DNA of 64,000 nt from the NCBI GenBank assembly GCA_016214995.1, contig JACRML010000058.1, positions 4,194 through 68,193 on the forward strand, written 5' to 3'. The notes under the pieces were generated by a model. It saw only the letters and a program-made list of their open reading frames with translations, had not been told where the DNA came from and made no database searches. A program made the translations under genes and the position numbers. Below are positions 61,709 through 64,000 of the stretch, piece after piece (the first letter of the stretch is position 1; every line of letters begins with the position of its first letter). Source of the DNA: Deltaproteobacteria bacterium. GTDB lineage: Bacteria; Desulfobacterota; GWC2-55-46; UBA9637.

Positions 61709-63058
61709 ATGCCAGATATAGAGATTGAAAACATAGATATCATACTCAAAAATATCAACAGCGGGATAAAAGGCAAAAAGCTTTACCCTGTCGGACATCC
61801 TGCAATTGCCGCTTCTATGACCAAGGCATACCAAACCTTGTCAGAACTCCTTAAAACAAATAATAAGATATTTGTCGGTATGGCAAAGGATGTTATGGTT
61901 TTTGAGGAAATACCTCTTATGGATGCCGAAAAAAACCTCGGAGAACTTATTCACCAGATAAATCAGCGAGAGATTGAGGGCATAATCTTTGAAAAAGGCC
62001 TCATACAGAAAGAGTTCTTTAGTTTTATAGATGTCCTGTCTGAAGAAAATGCCTTAAAAGGCAAAGAGCTTCAGAATATGCTGGCATCCAAAAATATTTT
62101 ACATATCACTGTCAAGTCAATCTCAAAACGGAATATATTAGAGGTATATAACGATGCGGTAAATATAGTTAAAGAGACCATGAATGAGATACGGATGGGC
62201 AAGGTGCCACAGAGCAAAGAGATAATACGGCTAACGGATGAAATGACAGAATTGGTGCTGACAAACAGAGACGCCATGATGGGACTGACCATGATAAAAA
62301 ACTATGACAATTATCTGTTTAACCATTCTGTCAATGTAAGTATCCTTTCCATTGCCCTTGCCCAGAGCATGAACTATCCAAAAGCTGACATCCATACTGT
62401 TGGTATCGGCGGTATGTTGCATGATGTTGGGAAAACGGGGGTTGCAGAAGATATTATCAGAAAACCGGCCGGGCTCTCCGGTGAAGAATGGGAAACAGTA
62501 AAACAACACCCTGTGCTGGGTTCAAAGATTACAGAAAAGATGGACGGTCTGGCAAGACTTGTCGGCCGCATTGTATATGAGCATCATATACGATACGACC
62601 ATTCAGGCTATCCGCATACTGAATCAACACTGCACCCGCTCGGCATGATAGTGACCATTGCTGATGCGTATGATGCCCTGACAACACTCAGGGTTTATCA
62701 GAGACCGTACCATCCTGTGGAGGCAGTAAAGGTGATGAACAACCTTTCAGGTAAACACTTTGACCCAAATACATTAAAAACATTTATGTCCATGCTTGGC
62801 TTCTACCCAATAGGGACGGTTGTAAGGCTTTCCACCAACAACATCGGCATAGTTACAAAGCTAAACCCTGCCAACAATCTCTCCCCTACGGTTAAAATCG
62901 TATTTGGAGAAGATGGGAAACAAATGGATAAGCCTTATGAGATAGATTTGTCTAAAGCCAGCGGCACACCTGCCATTGTAGCTTCAATTGATCCATTGAC
63001 AAAGGGGTTTGATATAGGGCAGTTTTTTGAAGAAGAGGCTAAAACCTTGACTCTATAA
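61709..63058 (+). CDS. HD-GYP domain phosphodiesterase (c-di-GMP type)
   Basis: It reads HSVNVSILSIALA, GGMLHDVGK and HHIRYDHSGYP. Confidence 0.8.
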   Translation: MPDIEIENIDIILKNINSGIKGKKLYPVGHPAIAASMTKAYQTLSELLKTNNKIFVGMAKDVMVFEEIPLMDAEKNLGELIHQINQREIEGIIFEKGLIQKEFFSFIDVLSEENALKGKELQNMLASKNILHITVKSISKRNILEVYNDAVNIVKETMNEIRMGKVPQSKEIIRLTDEMTELVLTNRDAMMGLTMIKNYDNYLFNHSVNVSILSIALAQSMNYPKADIHTVGIGGMLHDVGKTGVAEDIIRKPAGLSGEEWETVKQHPVLGSKITEKMDGLARLVGRIVYEHHIRYDHSGYPHTESTLHPLGMIVTIADAYDALTTLRVYQRPYHPVEAVKVMNNLSGKHFDPNTLKTFMSMLGFYPIGTVVRLSTNNIGIVTKLNPANNLSPTVKIVFGEDGKQMDKPYEIDLSKASGTPAIVASIDPLTKGFDIGQFFEEEAKTLTL

Positions 63059-63143
63059 CTACATAGGTAGCATGAAAGTGTCTGAGAGTCAGGGTATCGA
63101 GGACTCAAAATTCTTACTTTGATACCCTGACACTTTGAGTCTA

Positions 63144-63166
63144 CAAAAAAATGTAACTGCATTTCT
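63144..63166. repeat. Degenerate AAAATG(C/T)A-AC-TGCATTT palindrome
   Basis: It reads CAAAAAAATGTAACTGCATTTCT. It lies between the convergent HD-GYP and epimerase genes. Confidence 0.5.
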
Positions 63167-63170
63167 TAGG

Positions 63171-64000
63171 TTAAATAACAGGTTTGTCTCTGAAATAATC
63201 CACTGTCTTTCTAATTCCATGCTCCAGAGAAACTTGCGGCGACCAGCCAAGTATTTTGTTTGCCTTTGTAAAATTAATCACGCTTCTTTTTTGTTCTCCA
63301 CTTTTATGAGGCCCATATTTTTCCTTAAATCCAGCACCTGTACTATTAACAAGTTCTTTAAATAATTGTTTTATAGTAGTCTCTTTGCCGGTGCCTATAT
63401 TAAAAATAGTTGGGAGTTGAGAGTTATGGGTTGAGAGTTGAGATAAGGCCAATACATTGGCCTTGGCCACATCTCCCACATATACAAAATCTCTGGTTTG
63501 CATTCCATCACCGTTTATCACAGGCTGTTCACCTCTAAGAAGTTTCTGAGCAAAAATCGCCACAACCCCTGCCTCACCATGAGGAGCTTGCCTTGGCCCG
63601 TAGACATTAGCATACCTCAAGATAGTAGAATTCAAGCCGTATACCTGACCATAGAAAAAAAGATAATGCTCAACAGATAGTTTCGCTGCGCCGTATGGGC
63701 TTAAAGGATTTGTAGGGTGGGATTCTGTAGCGGGAAATTCTTCCTGCTCCCCATATATTGCTCCGCCTGTAGAGGCAAATATAATCTTTTTTACGCCATA
63801 TTGAATACAGTTTTGCAGCAGGTTGAGCGAACCTAATATATTGACCCTGGCGTCAAGTACCGGATTTGCCACTGATTTTCGCACATCTATCTGCGCAGCA
63901 TGATGGTTTACGACATCAAATCTGCATTCCTTGAATATATCCCTTACACCTTCATCGCATATGTCAGCCTTGAAAAGTTTGGCCTTGGGACCGATATTCT
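63171..64000 (-). CDS. NAD-dependent epimerase/dehydratase (GalE-like); 5' end lies beyond the window
   Basis: It has the catalytic motif SPYGAAKLSVEHY and reads YANVYGPRQ. The frame remains open upstream of the first in-window Met (63884) to the window edge (..FDVVNHHAAQIDVRKSV). Confidence 0.8.
   Translation of the reverse strand, partial: NIGPKAKLFKADICDEGVRDIFKECRFDVVNHHAAQIDVRKSVANPVLDARVNILGSLNLLQNCIQYGVKKIIFASTGGAIYGEQEEFPATESHPTNPLSPYGAAKLSVEHYLFFYGQVYGLNSTILRYANVYGPRQAPHGEAGVVAIFAQKLLRGEQPVINGDGMQTRDFVYVGDVAKANVLALSQLSTHNSQLPTIFNIGTGKETTIKQLFKELVNSTGAGFKEKYGPHKSGEQKRSVINFTKANKILGWSPQVSLEHGIRKTVDYFRDKPVI
63409..63447. repeat. Heptamer array (GAGTTGR units) inside the epimerase gene
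   Basis: It reads GTTGGGAGTTGAGAGTTATGGGTTGAGAGTTGAGATAAG. It encodes LSQLSTHNSQLPT. Confidence 0.85.

Overview
64-kb window from a moderate/low-GC bacterium, probably an uncultured anaerobe; the phylum cannot be fixed from sequence alone. I support about 60 protein genes.

Main gene content:
- A complete minus-strand type II secretion operon, gspC-D-E-F-G-H-I-J-K-L-M-N (1-12685).
- A REP-associated tyrosine transposase (RAYT, 15984-16670).
- A mercury-methylation pair, hgcA/hgcB (26305-27653), with thiol-rich accessory genes and an ECF sigma / AbrB-like pair upstream.
- coaBC, a family-4 UDG and a six-haem cytochrome c.
- The run mfd / parvulin-type lipoprotein / surA-like / pdxA.
- An Aquifex-type aconitase.
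- A biotin cluster, bioB-F-H-C-A plus a separated bioD, with a BirA-type operator.
- nadB, yjbQ, an rpoH-like sigma factor, the Fo genes atpZ-I-B-E and radA.
- A HEAT-repeat / HD-GYP pair, and a partial NAD-dependent epimerase at the right edge.
- No rRNA, tRNA or CRISPR array was seen.

The most unusual property is the repeat load. It falls into three groups:
- At least three short palindromic REP-like families, two of which begin with GTAG.
- A 220-280-bp mosaic multi-hairpin element in four copies.
- Ubiquitous short-period (mostly 7-bp) tandem arrays, often arranged as purine-arm / pyrimidine-arm palindromes.

The 7-bp arrays lie in intergenic regions and also in frame inside conserved enzymes. 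In several exported proteins they encode the signal peptide itself.

A G+C-richer segment (about 25.5-28.0 kb) carries hgcAB and, next to it, a solitary integron-cassette-like ORF with an attC-like site. Two inverted copies of the mosaic element bracket a wider 4.1-kb interval (24095-28204) that contains this segment plus the FAD oxidoreductase gene.

All functional calls rest on motifs read by eye. No searches were run.
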